Positions 12,101-27,100 of a DNA stretch of 64,000 bases are shown here, piece by piece. Below the pieces are notes generated by a model. It ran no database searches, was not told where the DNA came from, and saw only the letters and a list, made by a program, of their open reading frames with translations. Each line of letters starts with the position of its first letter. The stretch's first letter is position 1. The position numbers were made by a program, and so were the translations under genes. Origin of the DNA: Malacoraja senta (taxonomy: Eukaryota); contig CM075983.1 of NCBI GenBank assembly GCA_038087875.1, forward strand, positions 53,940,001 to 54,004,000. The letters run 5' to 3'.

Positions 12101-15100
12101 CTTGCCTGCAGTGGCCAATTAATTTAATGCATGTTTTTTTTAATGCACCCTTTTTATTCGAATTTTGAAGCTTTAGCACCTGCACAGTGCCATCGGTGAA
12201 ATTTCCACAGGACTAGTTAATATTTCCATTGGTCCTTTCATCAGGTTCTCTCATAAACTTTAGATTTGAACTTTGTTTTATGAAGATGCCGATGACTATC
12301 CTAAATTAATCAATTGAAGTACATTTGCTACAAGGAAGCTGAATTAATAGTAATAAATGAAAATTTATACAACCTAATGGAGGTGGAGCTAATGAGTTTC
12401 TCTGGTAGAGAGCCTGTGCAGACCCAGTTGGCTAATGGTGGCCTACTGTGCTGTCATTATGAATCTAAAGGAATAAGCATATATCATTACCAAAATAAGT
12501 GAACCTGAGGATTGGGATCATTTCAAAATTTAGCACAGGAGGACCAAGCCATTGGTAAGGAAAGGCAAAGTAGAATATGAGAGGAGGCTTACTAGAAACA
12601 CAAAATCAGATTGTAGGAGCTATCGTATATTTGTAGAAAGGAAAAGATGAACAAATGTTATTACAGGTACCTATCAGACTGAGACAGGAAAATGTGTTGG
12701 AGAATGAAGTGAGTGAAAAATTAATCATGTTGGGTGCTGAATCAGCTGCTGAATTATCTTTTATCAAGACTGTTGCAAAGTGTTTGCTTATCTCACTTAT
12801 GTGGGTAACCCTTGCAGTACCAAATTGGCTATGCTCTTTCTTTATGTAGTTATCAAAGTAAATGCAAATAAATTTTATTTAAATTGCATCTACTTTTTCA
12901 TACTTTCTCTTTTCTTTCCTAATTTCCCTTTTAAATTTGCTTATACATTTTTTTAATGCACTTCCAGGCTTATTCCATTAACCTCTCGGTGACTGATACA
13001 TTGCTCTTTTGCAACATTGCATCTATATGCCCTTTGTCATCCAAGGGCTTTAGATTTAGCAGTCCTACCCTTTTTATGGGAACATATTTACTCTGGGGTA
13101 AGTTCCATTAGTGGGAGAGTCTAGGACTAGAGGTCATTGTCACATCTTCGCCTCAGATGTGGAATAATACTGATACTGACACAATATTTACAGGTTACAT
13201 TCCTTTGTCTCTGTGTTTATTATCTCCCTCGGCCATGGCCTCCTGCCATGGCTTACACCGCACACCCGATCTGACCTTCAAGTCAGCTGACATCAAGGTC
13301 AAGATATTAGCATATCATTATCATGACTCATCGTCATGACATCCCTCCTTTACCAGAATTAAACTTTGAATTAATATGTATTCTTTCTAATATACTTTCC
13401 AATTAAATTTTTACAAAACATATTTGTGTTTTCATTTGTGTTCCAATAACTCACAAAACAGATGCATTACAACTACAAAACAAATGCAACTTTTTACACT
13501 CTTGTAACCTTAATAAACCTGATCATAATAACACAACTGCACAATCAAACAATTATTTACCCTTAAGAATTATTATGTTGGCTTATTAGCCAAATACAGC
13601 ATAGCCTATGAAATACTAAATACCTGTACAAATACAAACAAATTATTTTTTTCCTTAATACAAATAATAACCTGTAGGCTTCCTTTGCCTTTAACCAAAT
13701 GTCATTAATCTGTATAATTACTAAGCAAAACTAACCTATAACAAAATCGTTGTATCGCTTGGGGACTCTCCTTTCACGTTTTGGTCTACCAGCTGGCGCA
13801 GGAGCATCAGAGCCTGTTGAATCTGCCAAGGTGTTGTCACCCAGACACCTTCTCTGCTCACCACCTGCGTTGCAGCGTGCTGCCTCTGCAACTCTGGTCA
13901 CCACCTCGTAAATGCTGGTTGTCTCAGGAACACTGGTCCCTACCTCAGGGATGTCGTCTGGCCCCTCTGAATCAGTAGCTCTTGGTGGATTTTGGGCTAC
14001 CTCATTTCGAGTGTCTCTGGACATGTAATTTTTGACGCTCGATACATTTCTCTTGTAGCTAACACCTTCTGGAGACTTGACTGTCACCATGCTGCCGCTC
14101 CTCGATACAACATTGTATGGCTGGCAATAGTAAGGAGTGTCTATCTTACCGCCATCATCTCGCCTCACAAGCACATCATCCCCAGGAATTATTTCAGAGT
14201 GCCTGGCTCCTCGTTTCAAGTCGGTATACCATTTTGCCGCACCTTTCTTTTCGGCATCACAGTCTCACATCTCCTGGTCTTCCATGATCTCTCGCACTTC
14301 TGGTATTTTAGTGCGAATTTTTCTTCCAAACAAGGCTTCTGATGGACTTTTCCCTGTCGTTGATTGAGTGATCACCCGATATGCTAACAGTGCCTCCTTC
14401 CAGTTTTTCCCTTTGACCTCTTTAGGGACTGGTTTTGTCTCTCTACTTGTCCGTTAGCTTGTGGCCATTTCGCAGTCACCTTGTAATGATGGATGCCTGT
14501 GATTCCCATGTATTCAACAAACGTCTCGGAAACAAACTGTGGTCCATTGTCCAATGTAACAGGCAACCCGTGTCTGGCGAAGATCTCTGCTAATGCCTGT
14601 ACAGTTTTTTCTGCTGTAGTTAACTTCATCACTGCATACTCATAGTACCTACTACAGTAGTCTACCACTACCATAATTGATTCACCTGTTGGAAGTGGTC
14701 CAAGAAAATCAACAGCTACGTCAACCCATGGTCCTGTCAACATCTTTCTCACACCCTGGCCACCACACTTTGCTGTGAAAATTCTGTTTAGTTCCGACGA
14801 TGCCTAAATTTCCTTCATGAGCTAATGACACGATCCTTGGTCATAGGGCCTGCGGGATCACCAATCTGCTACCTCTCAGCATGCTGACCAATTACACAAA
14901 ATTCATCTTTTATGGGAGCATATGCTTTGTGAGGGCATTGATCCCATTGCCCACTGTGAATATGCTCTCTGATCTCTGAGTTCAGGATCATGTTCTGATT
15001 CCCTTTCAACTTCCTTCGTTGTCACGGCTCCTGGCGTTGACTGAATTGCGACAAAGCGCACAAAGTTCTCTGCTTCCCTCTCTAGTGCGGATGTTGCTCC

Positions 15101-18100
15101 CGGCTGTTTATCCTTCACCAGTCTCGACAGCGGGTCCGCGATGTTTGCTTTCCCAGCAATGTGGATACTTTGTACTTGTACTGTTGGAGTCTCAGCACCC
15201 AACGTTCTATTCTGGCACATGGCTTAGACCTTGTCGAATAGATCACTTCCAGCGGCTTGTGATCTGTAACAAGTTCAAATTCAATGCCGTACAAGTATGC
15301 ATGGAACCTTTCACAGGCCCACACTAGTCCCAGTGCTTCTTTCTCCGTTTGAAAATACCTTCTCTCCACGCTGGTTAACGATCGACTGGCATATGCTATG
15401 ATTCTGGGACCATCTGCATGTGTCTGTACCATCACTGCTCCTAAGCTGACCGGACTAGCATCTGCAATGACTTTTGTTGGTGCAGCTGGATCATAATATT
15501 CAAGGATTTCTGCACTCATTAGACTCTGTTTCAGTGATTTGAATGCCTGTCTCTGTTAACTATCAAACTGGAACGGTACGTCTTTCCTGGTCAACATTCT
15601 CAGCGGATCTGCCAGTGAAGCAAAATTTTGAATACATTTTGCACAGTAATTGACTAGTCCTAGAAAGCTCCTCATCTCGGTTGCATTCTGAGGTTCACAT
15701 GCATCTGCAACAGCTTTCACTTCAGCTTTGGCTGGGTTCAGCCCTTCGCTTGTGAGTCTGTCCCATGAAATCCATCTCAGAGACGATAAACTTGCACTTG
15801 TCTTCATTCACGGTGAGACCTGCTTCTTGAAGTTTAGTCAACACTAGGTTCAACCTCCTGTCATGCTCTTCACGAATTGATGCATGGACGATGATGTCAT
15901 CTGATATGTTTGCTGCTCCTGGTACACCTTGAATCACTCTGTAGATTTCGTCCTGATAGATCTCGGGGGCAGCATTGATTCCAAACATTAGTCTTTTGTA
16001 CCGGTACAATCCGCAGTGAGTGACGAATGTTCTCACCTCTCTTGACTCAGGATATAATTCCAACTGATGATATCCACACTTGAGATCAGTTTTGGAGAAC
16101 ACTTTACTGGTTTCGTGGAATTCCCTGCCACAGAGGGCAGTGGAGGCCAAATCACTGGATGGATTTAAGAGAGTTAGATAGAGCTCTAGGGGCTAGTGGA
16201 ATCAAGGGATATGGGGAGAAGGCAGGCGCGGGTTATTGATTGGGGACGATCAGCCATGATCACAATGAATGGCGGTGCTGGCTCGAATGGCCACCTCCTG
16301 CACCTATTTTCTATGTTTCTATGGTTGATAACTCTTGTAGCACCTCGTCATCCATAGGAATTGGGTGTCTTTCTCTGATTATTGCCTCATTGGCTCTCCT
16401 CGTGTCAACGCACAGTCTAATGCATCATTGGGTTTCGGCACAATCACAACTGGACTCACCCATGGTGTCGAATGTTCAACTGGTTCAATAATGTCCTGAT
16501 CAATCAACTCCTTGATTTAGCTTCTACTTTTCCACGAAGTCCAAATGGCGTTCTCTGCACCGGTTGAGCTATCGGCTTGACATTTTCATCAATGACTAAC
16601 TTCACTTGCCGACCTTTCAATTTTCCAACCCCTTGGAATACTGAATGAAATTCCTGCCTCATGTCATCATATGACTGCACTGAATTGACATGCACTCCGA
16701 TGTGAAGAGCTCCCAGCTCTCGAGCTGTATTTCTACTCAGCAGAGGTTCTCCATTCTCCTCTATCACCACACATTCTGGTTCAGTTTTTCTATCTCTGAC
16801 CTACTTTAGCCGTGAAACATCCAATGGTCTGCAATGGTTTAGTTGCGGTGTATGGATATAACTTCCTACTACACCTCCTTGACGTGCACTCGATTTTCTG
16901 CTCTTTCAAGCATTCCCAAAGTGATCTGTCAATTACGTTGCTGTCGCTACCCGAATCTACAATCACTGGCACTGTAACACCTCCGATGGTCACTGCAACT
17001 TTCTCGTGATGGCTATCAGTCAATGCAAACATAATTCCTTTTAACAGCATGCTCACCAACTTCATCACTGTCTTCATCACTTCCAAAATCACCTTCTACG
17101 TGACGGACATGACCCTTCTTTTTCTGCCAAGGTCTGTCTTTCTTTTCACTGGACTTCCCTTTCTTGTTGTAATCATTTGTCTGGTCCCTGGCCTTACTTT
17201 TACATTTCTTTGCAAAATGATCTTTATCTCCACATTTCCTATATGTTCTACCTTTTGCTGGACAACATGCATCTTTCCCTATGTGACCCTTGTTGCCACA
17301 CCTGTAACACTCAATCTCACGTTCAGGCATACTTCTTGGTCTACAGCCAGTTAACTTTCCCAGTCTTGGAATCTTTCAATTTCATGCTGTGAAATTTGTC
17401 CCTCAACAGCTTCCAGTGCTGCTGCAATTGACAAAGCATCATTAAGGTTTAACTCGCCCCCTTTTTCTAACAGCCTTCTCCTGAGCTTGTCTGACCTGCA
17501 ATGCAGAACAACCTGATCCAATATCTGGTTCTCCACATCAGCAGCCACATATTTGCATCCTACAGACACCTGTCTGAGTCTCGTCACAAATTGAGCAACA
17601 GTCTCACCCTCTTCCTGCATTGTTTTACGGAATAAATGGCGTTTAAATGTAGCATTCGGCACCACCACATAATGACTGTTCAAAGCATCAACGGCTTTCT
17701 TATAGTCTTCCTTCATGGAGTATCAGGGAGTGTTTTAAACATTTCTCGAACTGCTGGCCCTGCAGTGAAAAGAAGCAACGCTCTCTGCTGCGCCTTCTGC
17801 TATCTAGAAAGAGCCCTCGACTGTTGGCGTAAGCTTCAAATTCCTCCAGCCAAGCGTACCACTTCACGCTGACGGTACTCGCATCACCCAATGGATCAAA
17901 GTGTGGAACTCCACGAAGTGCTAAGAAATCAGCTCCAGCGACTGCAATTTTTTTTTCCTTTTAAATCTGTTTCCAGCTCGCAGCCACGGATTCAGAATCC
18001 AAAATATCCTCGTCGCCAATGTCACATCTTCGCCTCAGATGTGGAATAATAATGACACTGAGACAATATTTACAGGTTACATTCCTCAGTCTCGGTGTTT

Positions 18101-21100
18101 ATTATCTCCCCGGGCCATGGCCTCCTGCCGTGGCTTACACAACGCACACCAGATCTGACCTTCAAGTCAGCTGACAGCAAGGTCAAGATATTAGCATATC
18201 ATTATCATGACTCATCGTCATGACAGTCATCGGCTCGGAGTTCCTTTAGGAAGGAGATAAGAAGGAATTTCTTTAGTCAGAGGGTGGTGAACCTGTGGAA
18301 TTATTTGCCACAGAAGGCTGTGGAGGCCAAGTCAATGGATATTTTTTAAGGCAGAGATAGATAGATTCTTGATTAGTACAGGTGTCGGGGGTTATGGGGA
18401 GAAGGCAGGAGAATGGGATTAGGAGGGAGAGATAGATCAGCCACGATTAAATGGCGGAGTAGACCTGATGGGTCAAATGGTCTAATGCTGCTCCTATCAC
18501 TTATGACCTTATGACCATGAATCTCTTGCATGTTCCTCATGAGACCACTTAACCATGGTAGCCGTTTTCAGTCCACTTTTGCTAAATTGATCCGCAGTCT
18601 ATTGAACTGTGCAAGACATCTTTGTATAGTACCACCGACGGCATCTGACTTGCTCAGTACCCAGTATTTCCTGTTTCATTGTAATTTGTCTGTCTTCCAC
18701 TACCATCCAAATCATGATGCTGGCGAAAATTAGACATTGTTTTGAGGGAAAGAGGAGAAGGAAGAATAACCCATGTTATTGATGTACAGTATGGCAGATC
18801 AAAAGAATATGAATTAATGTTTATTGGCAAAGTATGTACACCTACAAGGAATTTGCCTTGGTGCTCCGCTGCAAGTAACAACACGGCATACATTAAACAA
18901 TTAAGAATAAATCATCAAACATTAAAACATTCAGAATAAAACATTATAGATTAAACATAATAATAATAATAATAATAAGTTTATTTATATAGCACATTTT
19001 CCAATCGATTTAACTCAAAAGCCAAAGTGCTTCACAGTTACTAACCAAACAAATAATAAAAAGAGATAGAAAAAATGACAACACACTATAAGAAATTTTA
19101 CACAAACACGAACATCCCCCCACAGTAGAATCTACACTCTCCACTGTGAGGGAAGGCACTAAAATGTCCAGTCCTCCTCCTCCTCCTAGTCCACCCGAGG
19201 TCGGGGCCAGTCTGAGGCCACTGCAGCCAGTCGCCGCAACGGCAGCCCGATGTTGTTTGCCCACCCGCATCGGGTGGAAAAGTCCTCAGCAGCTTGGAAA
19301 TGTCTGGAGCGGCCGCTCCTTCCCCGGAGACTGCGACGCCCGCGGACTTCAGGTCGCGCCGGTTGGTGCTTCGACTCCGCGGTGTTTTTGATCCAGCGCC
19401 GCCCGCCCGTGGCGGGATGCCCTCAAACCGCAGACCGCAGACCACGGCTGCTCGATGTTGGTGGTCGGCGGTCACAGCACTCCGGAGCGGCGACCCGACA
19501 AGGCATCGCCCGCTCCCTGCTGATGTCCCAGCGCTGTGCCGCCGAAGCTGTGGTCCCCGGCAGGAAACGCCGCTCCAGCCCGATGGAAGGCCGCATGGGG
19601 AGACCGGAGACGCGATTCGGAGGAAAACCGCATCTCCGACCAGGTAGGACTGGGGTTAAACAGTTCCCCCCCCCACATAGAAAGAATAGACTCCAAATAA
19701 TAAAAAAATAAAAAATATTCAAACAATAAAAGAGTTAGACGACGGACTGCAGGCAGGCTGCCATACAAACGGCGCCCACTCCTGCACATCCGCCATCTTG
19801 ATGAAACATGTGAATGAAATAAAATACCAGAGCAAAAGGAGGCTACAGACTTTTGCTTATTGAGTAGAGCTGTTGCTCGTGGAAAAAAGCAGTTTTTATG
19901 TCTGGCTGTGGTGGCTCCAGAGGGGAGTGCTTCAAAGAATTTGTAGCCAGGGTGAGAGGGGTCAGAGATGATCTTGCCCGCTCGCTTCCTGGCCTTTGCA
20001 ATGTGCAATTTGACGATGGGGGGAGGGGGGAAGGTTGCGGCCAACAACCTTCTCAGCTGATCGAATTTGCTGCAGCCTCCGGATGTTGTGCTTGGTGGCT
20101 GAGCCAAGCCAGACCATGATGGAGAAGGTGAGGACAGACTTTACGATGACAGTATAGAATTGGACCATCGTCGCCTGTGGCAGATTGTTTCCTCAGCAGC
20201 CGCAGGAAGTACATCCTCTATTGTGCCTTTTTGACTGGAGTCGATGGTAGCACCCCATTTAAGGTCCTTGGAGATGATGGTTCCAAGGAACTTAAAATAC
20301 TCCACAGATGTGACTGTGGTGTTGTTGATGGTGAGTGGGGGGAGGGGAGGGGAGGGAGAGCTCTCCGAAAGTCTACTATCAATTCCACTGTCTTAAGAGC
20401 ATTGAGCTCCAGGTTGTTGCGAAGGCACCAAGACGCCAGCTGTGCCACTTCCTGTCTGGGCAGATTCCTCCCCATCCTGGATCAGTCCAAGTTGTGTCGT
20501 CCGCAAACTTGCAAAGCTTTACAGAGGAGTTTGTAGAGATTAAGTTGTTCAGCTGGCGCTGGCTTGTAAATGCCACATGACCTGTGGAAATTGGTGAGAA
20601 ACAGTAAATTCTAACCTTCCAAACATATATTTTATTGCCATTGTAATCATTTTTGCCGCTGTCTGTGTTAGTGCAGGAAGATGTCACTTCATATTTATTG
20701 CAGTGATTAAATATGGGTCTTGCGTCCTTTGTGCATACTTTCTCACACTTCGTTTAATAATGTTTTACACCTGTTGCTTGTTAAGACCTGTATTCATTGC
20801 AACAAAGACCTAGAAAAAAAGAATTATATTTGAATAAACTTGAATGACAGTTCAGTTTTTGTATTTCTGTTTTAGTTTTACCAAGGTGAGGACTCGGTTA
20901 GTGTTTGCTGATTCTTGTCAACATTTCTATTCTTGGCAAGTGGAACAATAAGTAGAAGAGGCATTTTTTTATCCTGCCAGTGGGACTGTACATATCCATC
21001 CTTTATCAGTTAGACAATCCTGCATATCAGTGACAAACGTTAGAAAAATGGTTGCTTTTCCATGCTCCTGCCTAGGTCTTCCAGCTATGGAGTTGAATGC

Positions 21101-24100
21101 TAATGAAATAATTCTGTCAATTTTGTGGCATCGGCAGTGACATTTTTTTTAATGCATTAGAAGGGTTAATAACTTGAATTTTGTAAGCAATTTTACTTTA
21201 TCTTTTGTTTTTTTCTGTGTTTCAGGCTGCACAGTGGTGGCAACATGTGGATAAGAGGACAGACTGGCATGGACATGCTGGTGGAGGCCTTCATTCCGAC
21301 CCCAAAAATGTAAATATTTCTGTTTTTATCATTGAGCCATAATTTTAAAATCTGTTGACTTGGTTTTACTGGAAAGAATGTCTATAAAATTTCATGTTGG
21401 GAATAGTTTATTTTTTGTTTTATTGATGAAAACTTGAGCATTACTTGTCATGTATTGTCCATCCCTACACGTCATTGTTTCAAGAATGTTATCAGTTTCT
21501 CTGACGAGTAACGAGCTCTATAGATCTATTCAACGACACAATGTAGGCAACCCAGAGAGAAATTTAGAGGTTATGGTTTCCTTGTGTGCCTGTAGAGATT
21601 ACAAGTTTTGGAGCTTTAGAAGAAATGTTGCTGTTTCTGAAGTGCATTTCCTATATGTTGCACTCTAAAAGGGTGCTGATCAAGTATGGTAAATGTTGCT
21701 TGAGATGCACTCAGACGGGAATCATCCATTTGTATATATTGAAAATATGTTGTGGGTTTTTAACTCCTGTGAAGTGTCTAGGTATACTTTGCACCATTAA
21801 AGTTCAAACTGCAGAATACACGAGTAATGCTCAGTAGGTCAGGTAACATCTACAGGAAAAGAAAGGGGATTATCAGATTATCTGACCATCAGATCAGGGA
21901 AAAATTGGATTTTAATTAAATGAAGAGTTAGGGCAAAGAGAGGAAAGAACAAAACAAAGAATCTCGAAGGTGGAAGGGAGAGGGTTTAAAAGATCTAGTT
22001 TTTGTAGGACAACAGAGGATGGTAATGATATTAAACAAAACATAGCACCATTCTGATATTGTTAAAACATCAGGGCATTGATTATAATAAACTGTTGAAC
22101 TCTGGAGTCTACTTGTAAACGGATGGATCAGTGCCATTCCTTTAGCTTGTTCAGTTTCAATGGAACGATCTACAAAGCCAGGATCAGAGTGGGGTGGGGA
22201 AGAGATTGAAAATGACAGGCTCAGGGTTACACTTTTGTACAAAAATGAACAAATTCCACAAATCAATAACTTTATTGGCATTGAGGCTCTGTCTTTATAG
22301 TCAAGCCTGTTTTGTTTGTGAGTAATGTATGGAGAAGATTTCACCTTCAGATCAAGTACCTAAAGGGCCTGTCCCACTTACGCGACTTTTTAGGCGAGTG
22401 CAGGAGACTGCGCTCGCCACATGGTCGCCACATGTTTGCTGGTGGTCTCTGGTGAGTCTCCTTCATGGTCGCGATGAGTTCCCACATTCTGGGAACTAGT
22501 CGCAGCCTCAGTATGGTTGCCGCAAATTTTTCAACATGTTGAAAAAATTTCTGTGACCACAAATTGGTCGCCATGGAGAAAAGCGATAATCCTGTAGTCG
22601 TAGGTGCAGTTGTAGTGGGGTCGTTATGGGTAGTCGTAGGTAGTTTTAGTTAATCGCCTTTGCTGAGCGGGCATTTTCATTGGCTCATTGGGGAAAAAAA
22701 CGTAAGCAAGAGTTTTCAGAACCAAGGATAACCAATGTTAAATGCCTGCTGAAATTCACAACTGTGTATCTCTGGCTTATTAAAAGTTGTCTGGCTTCTT
22801 AAAAGTTCTCTTCCTCCGCGCCACCCCCCCCCCCCCCCCCCCTCTGTGTGTGTGTGTGTTCACAGTCGCTGTTCCAGTTCCCGGTTTTTCAAGTGACTGC
22901 CAGCAACTTGACAGTCGCCGGAAGTCCGCTGAAAAATCGCCTAAATGGGACAGGCCCATAACAGCATGTTGGACTTAAAATTCACCTTCAGATCAAAATC
23001 AGCCTTTTTGATTGTTGATAGTGAATACTTTTGATAAACTGCTGTTGTTATTTGTGACTTCTCCAAATTTATTTCTTTTCCCTATAATTTCTTTGATGTC
23101 ATAACATCTTAAATTATCGCCATGTTTTGCATGTGCCACCCTTTTAAAACCCCTTTTGAGTCTCACATACAACTTCCATAGCATTATTATACACTATTTA
23201 CTTTTACTAAAATCTTTTTTTATTCCTAATTTCTTTTATATATTTGCTCTAGCCATGTCATTCCAACTGATTACCAATTTTAATCTGTATCATGTTCTTT
23301 AAAAGCTCTCACATGGGTATATAGTTTAGCTCTCTCATGGGTATAGTTTATGGGTGTATAGTCTGAAGAAGGGTTTCGACCCGAAACATTGCTTATTTCC
23401 TTCGCTCCATAGATGCTGCCTCACCTGCTGAGTTTCTCCAGCATTTTTGTCTACCTTCGATTTTCCAGCATCTGCAGTTCCTTCTTAAACATATATAGTT
23501 ATGATCACTTTTTTTACCCTTCAATAGTAATCTCCTCTGGTACAACATTTTTGTCCAAGGATATTTGAATGATTTTCTTTTTTTCCCCAGCAGCATTCGT
23601 TGAGAAAGGGTTCAGCAGTGGATCCTTATCTATAATTATCATGTCTAATTATTTCAGCTCCTCTCCATATCTTTAATTACCACAAAGGCACTCTTCTGTG
23701 AAAACCCAGACAAAGGATTTATGACTATTCTTTCATCCTCTGAGATTATTCATTTACGTCTAATTGTCATGTTATTCTTTTAGGCTATTTAACATTGTTG
23801 ATAAAAATCTTTCCCTATTTTCCTTTTTTACAATGCCATGCCAGTCTTTCTTACTTTGATTTAGCATTGTAATATATTTAGCTTTTTTCTATTCTGTTGT
23901 CTGTATCTACCTCAATTTTAATGTATATTTTAGCATGTTCCTGAGAAGATGACGTGATGTTCAGATTGCACCATTCCATTCTGCAGTTTTGCACTTGAGT
24001 TATTGCATTTATCATTAATGGATGTATAATGTTTATTCTCAGTTTCAGGTGAACGGCAAATTTCATTGCACCTTGGTATATATGGAAAGAAACTAATCTG

Positions 24101-27100
24101 AAACTGACTAACTGGGAAGATTTGATGCATCAATGAAACGCTGTTTCTAAAAAACAATTTTGAAATTATATATCTATAATTGCATTCAAAATAGAAAACT
24201 TGGTATTTTTACCAAGCAATATCTTAATTTGGATATAGTTAACATTTTGTAGTTTGGAGAAAAATGTGCATAGGTGTGGTATAAATATGGAGCATTTTGT
24301 GTACAAAAAGACTAGATTTGGTATGTTAACACCAAATATTTATGACATTTTAAAATAAGCAAATGGGATTGTCATCTGATACCTTTTATACTTTAAGCCA
24401 AAATCGATTACCTGTTTAAAAGAGTCTTGACTGGAAAGAATTTTAAAAATTCCTTTTATTCTATATGTTGATAAATTTCATATAAACAAAAATTAAAATG
24501 AAATGATAGCAAGAGAATGTTCTGAGTCACACTGTTAGCCATGTTTGCTGTGATAATGATCTTGAATCAGAAGGACAATGGTCAATTCAATGCCATTTCC
24601 ATTGCCTTCTCAATGATCGTTACAGAACAGAAATATTAGCCGTCTACCTATATTTATTTATCCAGTGTTAATAGTGTGCTAATTTTGTACATTTTATATT
24701 TCAGTTTAAGGATACTGACACAAGAGAAATCATCAAAGCTATGCTGACTTACGTTTGGCCAAAGGATAGACCTGATCTCCGTGCAAGGGTGGCATTATCT
24801 CTTAGTTTATTAGGTGGGGCAAAGGTTGGTGATTTCTGTATATTTTTTAAAAAAAATTCTTGCAGTTTGTATTAAGTAATTTTATTAAGCCAATGGATTT
24901 TAAACTTTAAAATCTATTTTATATTTAAATAAGTATTTTCTGACCATAGTTTTAAAAATAGTGCGTAGTAAAATGTTTGATCATATATTTTTAAACAGAG
25001 ATAATTTTGTTATTTGTGTCGTGGACATTTAATCATTTAGACCAACTAGAGGACTAACGAGATTTCTGAGCATTTGGTCTGAGGACTTATGGGTTCTAGG
25101 ACATTATGTTCAATGGTGTATGTTTTAAATGCTTTTGGGCTTTCTCCCTCTGTTAACCTATCAGTGAATCATGATTACACCATTTAGTCTTGGCTCCTCC
25201 AGCTAAGGACACTTGTCCAGGACATGGGGAGGAATCTGACTTTCTCGTCTGGCTTGCCTTGCCTTTTTATTAGACTGTTGTTAAATTTTAGTGGACACTT
25301 ATTATTGGACATCTTAACCACTTATAAGGTTGAAAGTTCATTAATTGATTTACTGTTAATTGAATTAATTAATTATTTAATCATTGGTTGTTTTGTGTTT
25401 TCAAATTTTCCTTACCTTTGCTCTAACTCAAAATACAAAATTAAGCTGCTGTTCTTGTCAGCCGATCAGATCTCTATAGAATCTTTGAATATGAATATTT
25501 TTTTGAACTCCCAGCAACTCTCAAATCACTATTGGAGTTTTGATTTTCTCATCTGATTAAACATAAACTAAAGTTAATTGGTCACTTAGAATTGCCAATC
25601 ATTAGGTCTTGGCCTGGATTATTTTGTTCTCCTGAACAAGCTGTGGGAGCCTGAGAGTGAAAGGTAAGGGGAATCAGATTTAATTTTACAGGAACAGAGA
25701 TAAAAAAAATAATTGTGCAGGAAGGAACTGCAGCTGCTGGTTTACACCAAAGATAGACACAAAATGCTGGAGTAACTCCAGCATCTCTGAAGAAAATGAA
25801 TAGGTGATGTTTAGGGTCAAGACCCTTCTTCAGACTGAAGGTCAGGAGAGAGGGAAACTAGAGGTATGAAAAGGTACAGAGAACAAAAGAATGAAAGGTA
25901 TGAAAAGAACAAATGATGAAGGAAAGGTGGCGCCCACATGGTCCATTGTTAGCTGTGGAAGAGATGATAACGAGGGGTTACAAAGAGTGAAACTGTAAGA
26001 CGACAGTGAAACGAGTGGGACGACTACGGTAGGGGAGAGACGGGGAATGCAAGGGTTGCATAAAATTAAAGAAATCAATATTCATACTATGGGTTGTAAG
26101 CTGCCCAAGCAAAATATGACTGTTACTCCAATTTGCATTTGGTCTCTGACAGTGGAGGAAGCCCAGGACAGAAAGGTCAATATGGGAATGACAAGGGCGG
26201 TTAGTGTTTGGCAACTGGGAGATTGCATAGGCCAAGGCACACGGGACAAATTGCTCATCTACTCTAATTTGGCCTACATCATTCTGAGTACCTGTCCAAA
26301 TGTTTTTTTAAACATTTACCCCTTCTCTCCAGAGATGCTGCTTGTCCCGCTGAGTTACTCCAGCATTTGTGTCTACCTTATCTGTGTTGAACTCCATTAG
26401 CCATTCCTCCGCCCAGCCAATCGAGATCCTGCTACAATTTTTGAGCAGCATCATCTTCACTAACTACAATAGTATTCACTTTAATGTCATCTGCAAACTT
26501 ACTAATCATGCCTTGTACATTTTCATTCAAAGCATCGATATAGATGACGAATGACAATGGGCCCAGCACCGAGCCCTGAGCGCACCACTAGTCACAGGCC
26601 TCCAGTTCAAAAACAACCTTGCATCATCTCCCTCTGTTTCTTTCCACAAAGACAATTTTATATCCAGTCGGCTGGTTCCCCTTGGATCCCATGTGATCTA
26701 ACCTTCCAGAGCAGCCTACCATGTGGGACCTTACTAAACGCCTTGCTGAAATCTATAGAAATAACAGATACAGCTCTGCCCTCATCAACTTTTTTGACTA
26801 AATCTGCAAACAACTCAATCACTTTCGTGAGACACTTTCTCCCAGGTACAAAATAAACAGTGCTGAATGTAGCTAATCAGCCTTTGTCTATCGGAATGCA
26901 TAATCTATCTTATCCCTCGGAATATTCTCCAGTAACTTTCCGACCAAAGATGTTACTGGCCTGTAATTACCAGGCTGTTCCTTGCAGTCCTTCTTATTTA
27001 TTTTCTGTCCTCTTTCTAATTAGCGTGATGGCGCTTGATAGCTATAAAAGCAAGTTATCCAATTGGCCTCCCAGCGAAATAAAGACATGACGTTGTGGAG

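Larger units (their letters stand above)
13138..18225 (-). mobile_element. Full-length decayed Gypsy (Mag-like) LTR retrotransposon: gag (two CCHC-type knuckles), PR, RT, RNaseH, IN
   Basis: Paired TG..CA LTRs; 5-bp TSD GTCAT (13133-13137, 18226-18230); PBS and PPT present; DSG, SDDI, ADAS and DNGPQF motifs in frameshifted ORFs. Confidence 0.96.

Noticed and set aside
19098-19722. Several overlapping 80-150-aa ORFs
   Set aside because: Expected from GC-rich, stop-poor repeat sequence; no recognisable domain.
22340-22996. Direct repeat TTCACCTTCAGATCAA on both sides of the MITE as a long TSD
   Set aside because: The repeats are not adjacent to the TIRs; more likely a pre-existing local duplication.
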